A stretch of DNA of 45,714 bases from Actinomycetota bacterium (GTDB lineage: Bacteria > Actinomycetota > Acidimicrobiia > IMCC26256 > VFJJ01): the NCBI GenBank assembly GCA_009886115.1, contig VFJJ01000051.1, positions 124,001-169,714 on the forward strand, read 5' to 3'. Position numbers and translations under genes: made by a program. Below are positions 12,262 to 20,956 of the stretch, one piece after another. Position 1 is the first letter of the stretch, and every line of letters starts with the position of its first letter. A model generated the notes under the pieces. That model did not search any database. It was given only the letters and a program-made list of their open reading frames with translations, and had not been told where the DNA came from.

Positions 12262-12321
12262 GAACTCTAGAGTCCGAGGCCGGTGCTCCCGGCCTCGGAC
12301 GGCGCCGGCCACCTAGAGTTC
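12262..12321. promoter_or_regulatory. Symmetric divergent promoter region with a central perfect inverted repeat
   Basis: Outer IR gaactctag (12262-12270)/ctagagttc (12313-12321), each giving an outward TAGAGT. Inner 12-bp IR gtccgaggccgg-N5-ccggcctcggac (12272-12300). Confidence 0.6.
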
Positions 12322-12325
12322 AGCC

Positions 12326-13543
12326 GTGCGTCGACGGCTCTCGCTCACCTGTGCAGCCTGGGTAGCCCTGGCTGCGGTCGTCCGTGTCGGGGCGGTTCCT
12401 GCCGAGCGGTGCCCGACGGTCGACGTGGCCGGGTTGCGTTCGAGCGCCGAGGCCGCCGCGGCGTGGATCGAGGCCGCCCAGGCCGACGACGGCACCTACG
12501 TGTACGAGTACGACCGGGGCACCGGCGAGGTGATCGCCGGCTACAACGTCGTGCGCCACGCCGGCGTCACCATGTCGCTGTACCAGTACGCCGCTGCCGG
12601 CAACGACGCCATCCTGCCCGCGGCCGACCGCGGCCTCGACTGGATGCTCGAGCGCCTCGTGCGCCAGCGCGATTTCGCGGCGTTCGCCCCGCCCGGCGAG
12701 GACGCCAAGCTCGGGGCCTCGGCGTTGCTGCTCGCCGGTCTCGCCTACCGCCGCGACGCGACGGGCGACACGCTCTACGACGACCTGATGCGCGAGGTCG
12801 GTCGCTTCTTCCTGGCCCTGCAACGCGACGACGGCGGTTTCCTCGCCTACTGGGACCCCGACGTGGCCGCTCCCGTCCCCGAGCTCACATCGCTGTACTC
12901 GACGGGCGAGGCGTTCTTCGGCTTGGCCATGCTGCACAACCGCTTCCCGGGCGAAGGCTGGGACGTCGCCACCCGGCGGGCCGCGCACTACGTGGCCACC
13001 GATCGCGACGAGGACGAGGGCCAACGCCTGGGGCCGTGGGCAGACCAGTGGTCGGCCTACGCCCTCGACGAGATGAAGACCTGGCCGCTCACCGACACCG
13101 ATGTGGCTTACGCCCGCAGGCTCGCCGCCCGGTTCGGGTTCTACACACGCGGCGAGGCACAAAAGCGCGAGAGCTGGCCGCAGCGGCACATCCGGCTGGA
13201 GCCCGCCCGTGGCGCCGGGTTCGGGACCGTCGTCGAGGGCGTCACCTCGCTGTGGCGCCTGGCTGCAGTCGAGCCGCGTCTGGCCGATCTCGAGGCGCCG
13301 CTCGCCGAGCGGGCCCGGTGCTCGGCCGGCATCACGGCCTCCCGACAGCTCGACGCCACCGATGCCGTCCGATGGCCCGCCGCCGACCCGGCGCTCATCG
13401 ACGGCGCCTGGTACGACGGAGATCGAACCCGCATGGATGACCAGCAGCACGCCCTCTCGGGGCTCATTCGCACCGAGGCCGTCCTCACCGCTGTCGACGC
13501 GTTCGCCGCCGGCGCCTCCTCCCCCGTCATGGAGCATTCGTGA
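12326..13543 (+). CDS. Secreted or membrane-anchored alpha/alpha-toroid-like protein of unknown function
   Basis: Signal-like N-terminus, helical repeats, motifs YNVVRHAG, YSTGEA, DQWSAYAL and RMDDQQHALSGL. GTG lies 6 nt after TAGAGT. Confidence 0.7.
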   Translation: MRRRLSLTCAAWVALAAVVRVGAVPAERCPTVDVAGLRSSAEAAAAWIEAAQADDGTYVYEYDRGTGEVIAGYNVVRHAGVTMSLYQYAAAGNDAILPAADRGLDWMLERLVRQRDFAAFAPPGEDAKLGASALLLAGLAYRRDATGDTLYDDLMREVGRFFLALQRDDGGFLAYWDPDVAAPVPELTSLYSTGEAFFGLAMLHNRFPGEGWDVATRRAAHYVATDRDEDEGQRLGPWADQWSAYALDEMKTWPLTDTDVAYARRLAARFGFYTRGEAQKRESWPQRHIRLEPARGAGFGTVVEGVTSLWRLAAVEPRLADLEAPLAERARCSAGITASRQLDATDAVRWPAADPALIDGAWYDGDRTRMDDQQHALSGLIRTEAVLTAVDAFAAGASSPVMEHS

Positions 13544-14157
13544 ACACGTTGCGGCTCATCGTCTTCCTGCTCGCGGTGGCGAATCCGTTCCACTCGGCGG
13601 CCCTGCTCGCACCCGGGCTGCTCGGCTCCGAACGGGGTACGCGCCTCCGGGTGGTGGGGATCGGCGCCGCCGTGGCCGCCGCGGTGGCGATCGTGCTGGC
13701 GCTCGTCGCCGACGACGTGCTCGACGCGCTCGACGTCACGTCGCCCACGTTCCGCTTGGGGGCCGGGGTGGTGATCGCCGCCACCGGGGTGCGATCGGCG
13801 CTGATCGCACCGAAGCCGTGGGCCGAGGGGTTGCGCGGCGGGCGCCTGAGCATGCTCGTGCCCGTGGCCTTCCCGGTGCTGTTCACGCCCGAGCTCGCCG
13901 TCGCCTCGGTGAGCTACAGCGCCGACCGCGGGACCGGCGCCACCGTCGTGGCCATCGCCGTGGCACTCGCGGTCTTCGCCGGGCTGGCCGTCACCGGCGC
14001 CGGATGGAGCGCGAGCGCGGTGGCCACACCGGACGGCTCGGCCTCCCCCGGCGCTCGTCGGGCCGACCCGTGGCTCGGCGCCGCCGGTCGGGTGATGGGC
14101 GCTCTCGCCGTGGTGCTCGGCATCGCGCTCGTGGTTGACGGCATCTTCGACGTGTGA
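13540..14157 (+). CDS. MarC-family membrane protein
   Basis: About 6 TM segments; VANPF, LDVTSPTFRLGAG, VPVAFPVLFTP and RVMGALAVVLGIALVVDGI. GTGA overlap with the upstream gene. Confidence 0.82.
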   Translation: MNTLRLIVFLLAVANPFHSAALLAPGLLGSERGTRLRVVGIGAAVAAAVAIVLALVADDVLDALDVTSPTFRLGAGVVIAATGVRSALIAPKPWAEGLRGGRLSMLVPVAFPVLFTPELAVASVSYSADRGTGATVVAIAVALAVFAGLAVTGAGWSASAVATPDGSASPGARRADPWLGAAGRVMGALAVVLGIALVVDGIFDV

Positions 14158-14184
14158 CAGCGCAACGCTCGTGGTGGCGTGGGC

Positions 14185-14520
14185 CTATCGCGGCTCGTCG
14201 GCGTGGGCCTGCAGCTCCTCAACCACGGCGGCACCATCGGCCCGATCGGCGAACCACACCACCCAGGTCCCGTCGGCGACCTCGATCTCGGCCTGGGCCC
14301 TGATCCGCCCGCGGCGGCGTACCGAGACGACCTCGCCCCAGGCGGAGCCCAGCGCCAACCCGTCGCTCGTGAAGTACCAGCCCCGCTCGCACAGCACCAG
14401 CTCGCCGTCGCGGACGTGCCCGGTGAGCGCACCCCGCGCCGACGTCCAGGTTCGCGAGCTGCCGAGCTCGCGCCGCATGCGCTGGTCGACGGCGGCGTCG
14501 GGAGGCGGGGCGTCATGCAC
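14185..14520 (-). CDS. Small hypothetical protein (possibly PH-like beta fold)
   Basis: Fills the gap after gcvT with coding-like GC3 (GELVLCERGWYF...WGEVVSV). Confidence 0.5.
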   Translation of the reverse strand: MHDAPPPDAAVDQRMRRELGSSRTWTSARGALTGHVRDGELVLCERGWYFTSDGLALGSAWGEVVSVRRRGRIRAQAEIEVADGTWVVWFADRADGAAVVEELQAHADEPR

Positions 14521-14604
14521 GGCGCCCAGCGCTCCCTGCGCGCTCGGGGTTCTCCGTGCTCTCAGCGCTCTGGGGTCTCGCCGGGCTCATTGGTTTCGGC
14601 GGTC

Positions 14605-15714
14605 TCAGCGGGCCAGGAACGGGGGCGTGACGACGGTGGCCCGGCTGGGGCGGCCCCGGATGTCGACCGCCACCTCGGCGCCGGGCTCGATCGCGGGGTC
14701 GAGCAGGGCCAAGGCGATGGCCCGTTCGAGCGTGGGAGAGAAGCTGCCCGAGGTCACCCGTCCGACCTCGCGGCCGTCGAGGTTCACGAGATAGCCGTCA
14801 CGCGCCGCCTGGCGTCCTTCCAGCACGAGCCCGCGCAGCCGCCGCTTCACCCCGCGTTCCTTCTCGGCGGCCAAGGCCTCACGGCCCCGAAACGGACCCT
14901 TGTCCCATCGGACGACCCACCCCAGGCCGGCCTGCAGTGGCGTGATCCCCGGTCCCAGCTCGTGGCCGTGCAACGGATAGCCCATCTCGAGCCGAAGCGT
15001 GTCGCGTGCACCGAGCCCGGCGGGCGCGAGCCCGGCTGCGATCAACGCGTCCCACAGCCCCTCGGCGAGAGCCGTGGGCACCGCCACCTCGACGCCGTCC
15101 TCGCCCGTGTAACCCGTTCCCCCCACCAGCAGCTCGGCGCCGTTCCACACCACGGTGGCCACCCGGTTGCGCCCGACCTCGGCGGCGGCCGGTGACACCG
15201 ACGCCAGGCGTCGCCGGGCTTCGGGCCCCTGCACGGCGATGACGGCACGCGTCGGCGTCACGTCGGTCACCTCGGTCGCCTCCGACGGCCCGATCGCCTC
15301 GCGGAAGGCGGCGAGGGCCGGACCGGTGTTCGAGGCGTTCGGCATGACCCAGAAATCACCGTCGGGACGCCACCAGACGATGATGTCGTCGACGACGTGC
15401 GCGTCTTCGGGGTCGAGGAGGTGTGTGTACTGGGCCTGACCGGGGCCGATCCGGTGCAGGTCGTTGGTGAGCAGGCGCTGGAGCGCATCGAGCGCTCCCG
15501 GCCCGGCGACGTGGAGCGTGCCCAGGTGCGACACGTCGAACACGACCCCGTCCGAGCGGCATGCCCGGTGCTCGTCGAGCACACCGGTGTAGTGGATGGG
15601 CATCTCCCATCCGCCGAAGGCCGCCATCTTGGCCCCGAGCGCCCGATGTCGACCGTCGAGCGGCGATCGTCGGAGACCGGTCTCGACGCCGATGCTCGCT
15701 CGATCGGGACTCAC
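14605..15714 (-). CDS. gcvT: Glycine cleavage system aminomethyltransferase T
   Basis: FGGWEMPIHY, VFDVSHLG, AVQGP, TGYTGEDGVE and GLGARDTLRLEMGYPLHGHEL. Start set at GTG 15714. Confidence 0.95.
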   Translation of the reverse strand: MSPDRASIGVETGLRRSPLDGRHRALGAKMAAFGGWEMPIHYTGVLDEHRACRSDGVVFDVSHLGTLHVAGPGALDALQRLLTNDLHRIGPGQAQYTHLLDPEDAHVVDDIIVWWRPDGDFWVMPNASNTGPALAAFREAIGPSEATEVTDVTPTRAVIAVQGPEARRRLASVSPAAAEVGRNRVATVVWNGAELLVGGTGYTGEDGVEVAVPTALAEGLWDALIAAGLAPAGLGARDTLRLEMGYPLHGHELGPGITPLQAGLGWVVRWDKGPFRGREALAAEKERGVKRRLRGLVLEGRQAARDGYLVNLDGREVGRVTSGSFSPTLERAIALALLDPAIEPGAEVAVDIRGRPSRATVVTPPFLAR

Positions 15715-15724
15715 GCCTGCGTGC

Positions 15725-16204
15725 TCAGCGCTCGATCGGCCCGGCCGGAGCCAGCGCTGCCACCCGATGCAACGGCCGGTCGGGCACGGGGGCGCCGTCG
15801 AGACCGTAGGTGGCAAGAAGATGCAGGTAGTCGCGTTGATACAGGAGCTTCACGTCGATGCCGTAGAGCTCGCGGACCCTGCGGACCTTGCGGTTCTTCT
15901 TGGTGACCAGGTTCTGGTTCAAGGTCGTGATCTCGACGTACAGATCGTGCAACGGCAGGTAGAAGTCGGGCGTGAACGCCTGGGTGGCGTGACCGAAGCA
16001 GTCGAGCTCGAGGTCGAAGGTTCTCGGCTCGTACTCCCAGGCCACGCCGTAGAAATCGAGCAGGGCCGCGAACTGTCGCTCGGAGGCGTGAGCGAACCGG
16101 ACGCCACGGTACGAGGTGAGCTCGGCATCACCGGCGCCCTCGCTGGCGACCACCGCAAGAAGCGGAGGCTGCGGAGACCGCACAGGCTGCGGATCGCAGC
16201 TCAC
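15725..16204 (-). CDS. Small PD-(D/E)XK/TnsA-N-like nuclease-fold protein
   Basis: SERQFAALLDFYGVAWEYEP...FTPDFYLP...YVEITT, followed by the basic helix KKNRKVRRVRELY. Confidence 0.75.
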   Translation of the reverse strand: MSCDPQPVRSPQPPLLAVVASEGAGDAELTSYRGVRFAHASERQFAALLDFYGVAWEYEPRTFDLELDCFGHATQAFTPDFYLPLHDLYVEITTLNQNLVTKKNRKVRRVRELYGIDVKLLYQRDYLHLLATYGLDGAPVPDRPLHRVAALAPAGPIER

Positions 16205-16214
16205 CGGCGCCCGC

Positions 16215-16736
16215 TCACGAACCCGCCGCCCGGGGTGCGCGACCCGAGGTGCGCTGGCCCCGGGGGACCACGTAGTCGGAGACGACCGGGGCCTCGGCCG
16301 CGACCGGTGCGAACTCGACGATCGAGGCGTCGAGCTCCTGCTTGACGCTGCCGAGCGGCACGATGTTGAGCACGCCCTGGCCCTGGCGGACGAGATCGAT
16401 GAGCTCCTCGCCCGTGCGGGCCAGCACCGATCTCGTTCCGTTGATCACGAGGTTGGCGCTGGCGACGTCGGAACCCAGGTTGTCGCGCAGGTAGTCGATG
16501 ACCTTGCGGACGCTCTGCAGCGACAGGCCACCGTCGAGGAGGCTCTTGATGACCTTGAGCTCGACCAGGTCGGTGTAGGAGTACAGCCGCTGGGTTCCGC
16601 TGCCGTGGGCCTGGGCCAGCGACGGGCACACCAGCTCGGTGCGTGTCCAGTGGTCGAGCTGGCGGTAGGTGATCCCCACGATCTTGCACACCTGGGGACC
16701 GCGAAAGCCCTCGGTGACGTCGGGGCCGATGGTCAT
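16215..16736 (-). CDS. MerR-family regulator (Rv1830-like)
   Basis: GFRGPQVCKIVGITYRQLDHW...GSGTQRLYSYTDLVELKVIKSLLDGGLSLQ...GQGVLNI. Confidence 0.93.
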   Translation of the reverse strand: MTIGPDVTEGFRGPQVCKIVGITYRQLDHWTRTELVCPSLAQAHGSGTQRLYSYTDLVELKVIKSLLDGGLSLQSVRKVIDYLRDNLGSDVASANLVINGTRSVLARTGEELIDLVRQGQGVLNIVPLGSVKQELDASIVEFAPVAAEAPVVSDYVVPRGQRTSGRAPRAAGS

Positions 16737-16835
16737 GGTTGGCGCTCCCTGAGACGCCGGGGAGCCCGCGCCCCCCTCGGGACGGCACTCGCTGCCGGCA
16801 GCGGCTCACACCGCCGTAGTTACGTTCGTGTGAGG

Positions 16836-16864
16836 AACATACGCTGGCAACCGGCGCCGGTCAA
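16836..16864 (-). promoter_or_regulatory. SigA-type promoter for the Rv1830-like merR gene
   Basis: Minus strand TTGACC (16864-16859), 17-nt spacer, TATGTT (16841-16836). Confidence 0.65.
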
Positions 16865-16998
16865 CGTTTGTTTCTGGCACATCCCTGCCCTCCGGGACAA
16901 GGCGCTGCTCTTGTGCCGCCTCCAAGTGCCTTTGGCACGTCGGCGACGAATTCGGGACCTCGCTGCGCTCGGCGAAGGGCACGGTCAAAAGCTCAAGC

Positions 16999-17487
16999 TC
17001 AGGTGGCGAAGTCCTCGGGGCGAACCTGGTCGAGGAACTCGCGGAACTCCGCGACCTGCTCCTCTTCGTCGTCCTTGTCGAAGATCACCCCGGCCTCTTC
17101 GAGCACGGCATCCTCGGCGAAGATCGGCACCTGCTCGTCGAAGCGCACAGCCAAGGCGATGGCGTCGGAGGGTCGCGACGACACCCGGTGCACGGTGCCG
17201 CTGGCATCGAGCATCTCGAGCTCGGCGTAGAACGTGCCCTCGCGCAGCTCAGTGATGACGACCTTCTGCATCGAGATCCCCAACCCATCGAGCACGTTCT
17301 TGAACAGATCGTGCGTCATCGGCCGCGGGGTGTCCATCTCGTTCAGCGCGAAGACGATCGCCGTCGCCTCGGGATTGCCGATGAAGATCGGGAGGTGACG
17401 GCCACCATCGCCGTCCTCTCGGAGGAGGACCATCGGCTGGTTCGTGGGGACCTCGACTCGTACTCCGACGAGCGTCAACCTGATCAC
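16999..17487 (-). CDS. Bifunctional nuclease family protein (DUF151, Rv1829-like)
   Basis: GVRVEVPTNQPMVLLRE, LPIFIGNPEATAI, RPMTHDL, SRPSDAIALA and FREFLDQVRPEDF. Confidence 0.94.
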   Translation of the reverse strand: MIRLTLVGVRVEVPTNQPMVLLREDGDGGRHLPIFIGNPEATAIVFALNEMDTPRPMTHDLFKNVLDGLGISMQKVVITELREGTFYAELEMLDASGTVHRVSSRPSDAIALAVRFDEQVPIFAEDAVLEEAGVIFDKDDEEEQVAEFREFLDQVRPEDFAT

Positions 17488-18167
17488 GGCGCAACCCCCG
17501 GCTTCGACACTCCCACCCTAGCACCGAGCTCCTCGGGGCGGGCCGCGAGATCGGAAGCGGGATCGGCGACATGGTCACGGCCACGAAGCCCGAGGGGCGC
17601 TTGGGGGAGCAGCGTCGCGACGTGCGCTCGTGGATCACTGCGAAGGGAGCGGATGTCGCAGGCGAGGACGTGATCGAGGGTCTGGTACAGACCCTGGTAG
17701 CCGAGCCCGTAGCCGAGGAGGAACTCGTCGCCGATCTCGTGGCCCACATATCGCAGCTCGATCGGTAGGAGTCGTCGCCGCCGTCGGTCGAAGAGCAGGC
17801 ACAGCTCGATCTGGTGCGGGTCCCGGAGCCGGAGCTGGCGGACGAGGAAGTCGGCGGTGAGCCCGGTGTCGGCGATCACGTCGACCAGCACCACCGTCCG
17901 TCCCTCGATCACGAGGTCGAGATCCTTGAGCAGCCGGACCCGGCCCGAGTCGGGAGCGAAACGTGAGATTGCCAGGAAGTCGACCTCGACCGGAACCGTC
18001 ATCGCCCGGAGCAGGTCGGCCATGAGCATCAGCGCTCCGTCGAGCACGCCGACGAGCACGACACCGTCGGGATGGTCACGACCGATCTCTGCGGCGAGCC
18101 GGGCCACGGTGCTCTGGAGCTCAGCGGCGCTGAGCAACGACGGGGCCGGGACGGCGCTCACGGTCAC
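17484..18167 (-). CDS. Hypoxanthine phosphoribosyltransferase-like protein with degenerate active site
   Basis: HPRT fold is evident (VGVLDGA, VRLLKDLD, DTGLT, EFLLGYGL) but several catalytic residues are substituted. GTGA overlaps with both neighbours. Confidence 0.85.
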   Translation of the reverse strand: MTVSAVPAPSLLSAAELQSTVARLAAEIGRDHPDGVVLVGVLDGALMLMADLLRAMTVPVEVDFLAISRFAPDSGRVRLLKDLDLVIEGRTVVLVDVIADTGLTADFLVRQLRLRDPHQIELCLLFDRRRRRLLPIELRYVGHEIGDEFLLGYGLGYQGLYQTLDHVLACDIRSLRSDPRAHVATLLPQAPLGLRGRDHVADPASDLAARPEELGARVGVSKPGVAP

Positions 18168-19129
18168 TCGTCGAACGCGCCCTGCAGCGCGGCTCGAAGC
18201 ATCGCCGTGCGCAAGGCCCGGCCGAGGCGAGCAAGCTCGGCCACGGTCTCCTGGGCCTGCCGGCGAGCCCTGGGGTTGCGCTGCTTGAGGAGCGGCATGA
18301 CCACCGTTTCGTAGAGCGCGGCCTCCCGCTCTGCGAAGTGCTTGTACATCTTGAGGTGCCGCGCTTCGATGCCGTGCCGGGCGAAGGACCGGGCCAGGTG
18401 GGCCACCGTGAGGGCGTCCTCGTCGAACAGGCCCGCCGCGTCGTCGTCGAGCGCGCGGGGAAGCAGCCCGTGCGATTCGAGGTCGAGGATGTCGGCCTCC
18501 TTCAGGCCGCTGCGCCGGGCCAGCTCGCTTCGCGTGAAGTGCGCCGCCCGATCGTCGCCGGGGATGGCCTCGCGGTCTTCGGGCTCGACCGTCAACCCGT
18601 CGACGTCGGGGGTCGTGGGCTGCGTGCCCGCGCGCCCGACCTCGGGCGCCGTCAGCACACCAGCGACACCGGCACGACTCGCGGCGCTGGTGGGAGCATC
18701 CCGCTCGATCGAATCACCGACCGGTTGCCCGAGGGGCTGCACGACCGCCTCGACCTGCGAAGCGGGGATGCGTGCGCCGTCGGCACGCGCAGGGAGCATC
18801 GGGAGGCTCTGGAGCACCGCTCCGAGCGGCTCGCTCCATGACGGCTCACCCTCGTGATCGTCGTCGAGCTTCTCGCGGATCACCTTGAGGGGGAGGTAGT
18901 GGTCCTTCTGTTGCTGGAGGATCCACCGGAGACGTTCGACATCGGCGTCGTAGAACTTCCGGTAACCGCTCGGCGTGCGCTCGGGGGCCACGAGCCCCTG
19001 GCTCTCGAGGAACCGGATCTTCGAGATGGTGACCTCGGGAAACTCCTCACGCAGGAGGGCAAGGACCTCGCCGATCGACAGGTGCGGCTGCTCCGACACG
19101 GCTGCTCCCCCCGGGCCCTGCTCGCTCAC
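18164..19129 (-). CDS. MerR-family regulator (Rv1828/FtsR-like)
   Basis: LSIGEVLALLREEFPEVTISKIRFLESQGL...RTPSGYRKF...YLPLKVIRE, plus C-terminal GIEARHLKMYK...REAAL. Confidence 0.93.
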   Translation of the reverse strand: MSEQGPGGAAVSEQPHLSIGEVLALLREEFPEVTISKIRFLESQGLVAPERTPSGYRKFYDADVERLRWILQQQKDHYLPLKVIREKLDDDHEGEPSWSEPLGAVLQSLPMLPARADGARIPASQVEAVVQPLGQPVGDSIERDAPTSAASRAGVAGVLTAPEVGRAGTQPTTPDVDGLTVEPEDREAIPGDDRAAHFTRSELARRSGLKEADILDLESHGLLPRALDDDAAGLFDEDALTVAHLARSFARHGIEARHLKMYKHFAEREAALYETVVMPLLKQRNPRARRQAQETVAELARLGRALRTAMLRAALQGAFDE

Positions 19130-19605
19130 GGCGCATCCTCAGGGTTGATCGACAAGAACACGAGGCGGAAGCGACCGATCTGGATCTCGTCGCCGCTGTG
19201 GATCACGGCCTCGTCGACGCGCTCGCGGTTGACGTAGGTGCCGTTCAGCGAACCGACGTCGTGGACGACGTACACGTCGCCCGGCGTGTGCGTGATCTCG
19301 ACATGGCGGCGCGACACCGTGATGTCGTCGAGGAAGATCTCCGACTTGGGATGACGCCCCGCCTTGGTGACGAGCTGGTCGAGGACGTACGTGCTGCCGG
19401 CGTTCGGGCCGTGCCGCACGACGAGCATCCCCAGACCGTGCTGGAGCTCGTCGATGTTGATGCTGAGGTCTTCGCCGATCTCACCCTCGCCGGGATGGAA
19501 CGTGATGGTCGAGTCCTCGCGCAGCTGGTGCTCGAGCGCGCTCCCGCATGCCGAGCAGAAGTGCGCATCGCCAGGATTCCGATGACCGCACTGGTGACAG
19601 AACAC
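19126..19605 (-). CDS. Zinc-ribbon plus FHA domain protein (GarA/OdhI-like)
   Basis: CHQC-x10-CSAC ribbon, EDSTITF, FHA motifs GRHP-SEIFLDDITVSRRH and GSLNGTYVN. GTG 19605 lies 7 nt after TACCCT. Confidence 0.92.
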   Translation of the reverse strand: MFCHQCGHRNPGDAHFCSACGSALEHQLREDSTITFHPGEGEIGEDLSINIDELQHGLGMLVVRHGPNAGSTYVLDQLVTKAGRHPKSEIFLDDITVSRRHVEITHTPGDVYVVHDVGSLNGTYVNRERVDEAVIHSGDEIQIGRFRLVFLSINPEDAP

Positions 19606-19700
19606 GACGATGAGGGTACTACCGGGCCCGGACCGTTTCGGATGACCCTGCCGCTCTGACGTCGCAGCGTCGCTCCGGTGTGTCTCGGACAGATCGACCG

Positions 19701-20078
19701 TCACTCCAGGAGAGCCTGATACGCCGATGCGTCGAGGAGTGCCGTCGTCTCGGCGGTGTCGGCGATGGCGAGCTCGAAGATCCATCCGGCGCCGTACGGA
19801 TCGGTGTTCACCAGCTCGGGCGTGTCGGCCAGCGCGTGGTTGGCGGCGCAGACGACACCGGCCAGCGGGGCGTAGATGGCCGACACCGACTTGGTCGACT
19901 CGATCTCGGCGACGACGTCTCCCGAGGCGAACGTCACGCCGATCTCAGGGAGCTGCACGAAGACCACGTCTCCCAACGCGTCCTGGGCGTGATCGGTGAT
20001 CCCGACCCGGGCCGAGGCGCCGGCGACCCGCACCCATTCGTGCTCGGCGGTGTAGGCGAGGTCGTCGGGGAAGCGCAT
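19701..20078 (-). CDS. gcvH: Glycine cleavage system H protein
   Basis: YTAEHEWV, GITDHAQDALGDVVFV, lipoyl-lysine ESTKSVS and NTDPYGAGW. RBS GGAGG upstream. Confidence 0.97.
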   Translation of the reverse strand: MRFPDDLAYTAEHEWVRVAGASARVGITDHAQDALGDVVFVQLPEIGVTFASGDVVAEIESTKSVSAIYAPLAGVVCAANHALADTPELVNTDPYGAGWIFELAIADTAETTALLDASAYQALLE

Positions 20079-20123
20079 CGGATCCTCCGTGTCGGCTGGT
20101 GAACCATGCTGCCACGGCCACGC

Positions 20124-20807
20124 TCACGCCGACGAGCGCGCCGCCCGCTCTGCCCGAGCCGCCCGTCCGTCACGCAGCGCCGTGCGGGCCAGCGGCACGT
20201 ACACCCACAGCGCGTACCAGCTGAAGGCCAGCCCGGGCCCGACGCAGGCCCAGCCGAGCAGGCGCAGGAGGTCGTGCAGCCAGCCGGGATCGACACCGGC
20301 ACCCACCACGAAGAACGGGAAGGCGAACATGTTCAAGAACGTGCCGGTCTTGCCCACCCACTGCACGTCGATGCGAGCCGCGCCCAGGGCCGCCAGGGTC
20401 AGCACCACCAGCGAGATGAGCACCTCTCGCACGAGCACGAGCCAGGCGACCCATCCCGGAACCGAGCCGTCGATGAGCACGGCGATCATGGCCACGCCGA
20501 GCATGATGCGGTCGGTGGTGGGGTCGAGCACCTTGCCGAGGGTGCTCGTCTGGCCGAACCGGCGGGCGATGTACCCGTCGACCCAATCGGTTGCGCCGAG
20601 CACGGCGAGCAGCAGCCCGGCGCCGACCCGGTCGTCGCGCTCGAACAGCAGCCAGAGGAACCACGGCACACAGCCCAGCCGAACCAGTGTCACCAGATTC
20701 GGCACCGTGAACACGCCGGCCCATCCCTCGCGCACGACCTCGACCGGGATCGGCGGGTCGGACGGCGCGGAGAGGTCTCTTCGGTCGGCGGGGGTCGGGT
20801 CTTCCAT
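20124..20807 (-). CDS. CDP-alcohol phosphatidyltransferase (PgsA2/cardiolipin synthase-like)
   Basis: TVPNLVTLVRL and signature DWVDGYIARRFGQTSTLGKVLDPTTD; syntenic with gcvH. Confidence 0.92.
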   Translation of the reverse strand: MEDPTPADRRDLSAPSDPPIPVEVVREGWAGVFTVPNLVTLVRLGCVPWFLWLLFERDDRVGAGLLLAVLGATDWVDGYIARRFGQTSTLGKVLDPTTDRIMLGVAMIAVLIDGSVPGWVAWLVLVREVLISLVVLTLAALGAARIDVQWVGKTGTFLNMFAFPFFVVGAGVDPGWLHDLLRLLGWACVGPGLAFSWYALWVYVPLARTALRDGRAARAERAARSSA

Positions 20808-20956
20808 GTGGTTGACTCCACGGTATCGACGCCCCAAGCGCGGAGCACGGAGCGTGTGACCGCGTCCGGTTGCGGTGGGTGCGTCTCAGCGAGCAAGCTC
20901 ACCCCTCGTCAGGTGCCGGTCGGCTCGTATCCGACCCGGGGGGACACAGGGGTGAC

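Noticed and set aside
15725..16204. Tn7-like transposon (TnsA) call
   Set aside because: No TnsB/TnsC genes or terminal repeats; the gene sits within a housekeeping operon.
14521..16998. Glycine riboswitch near gcvT/gcvH
   Set aside because: No ordered GGAGA...CCGAAG...CTCAGG aptamer pattern in the gaps, and gcvT has only a 10-nt upstream gap. An Infernal scan would be decisive.
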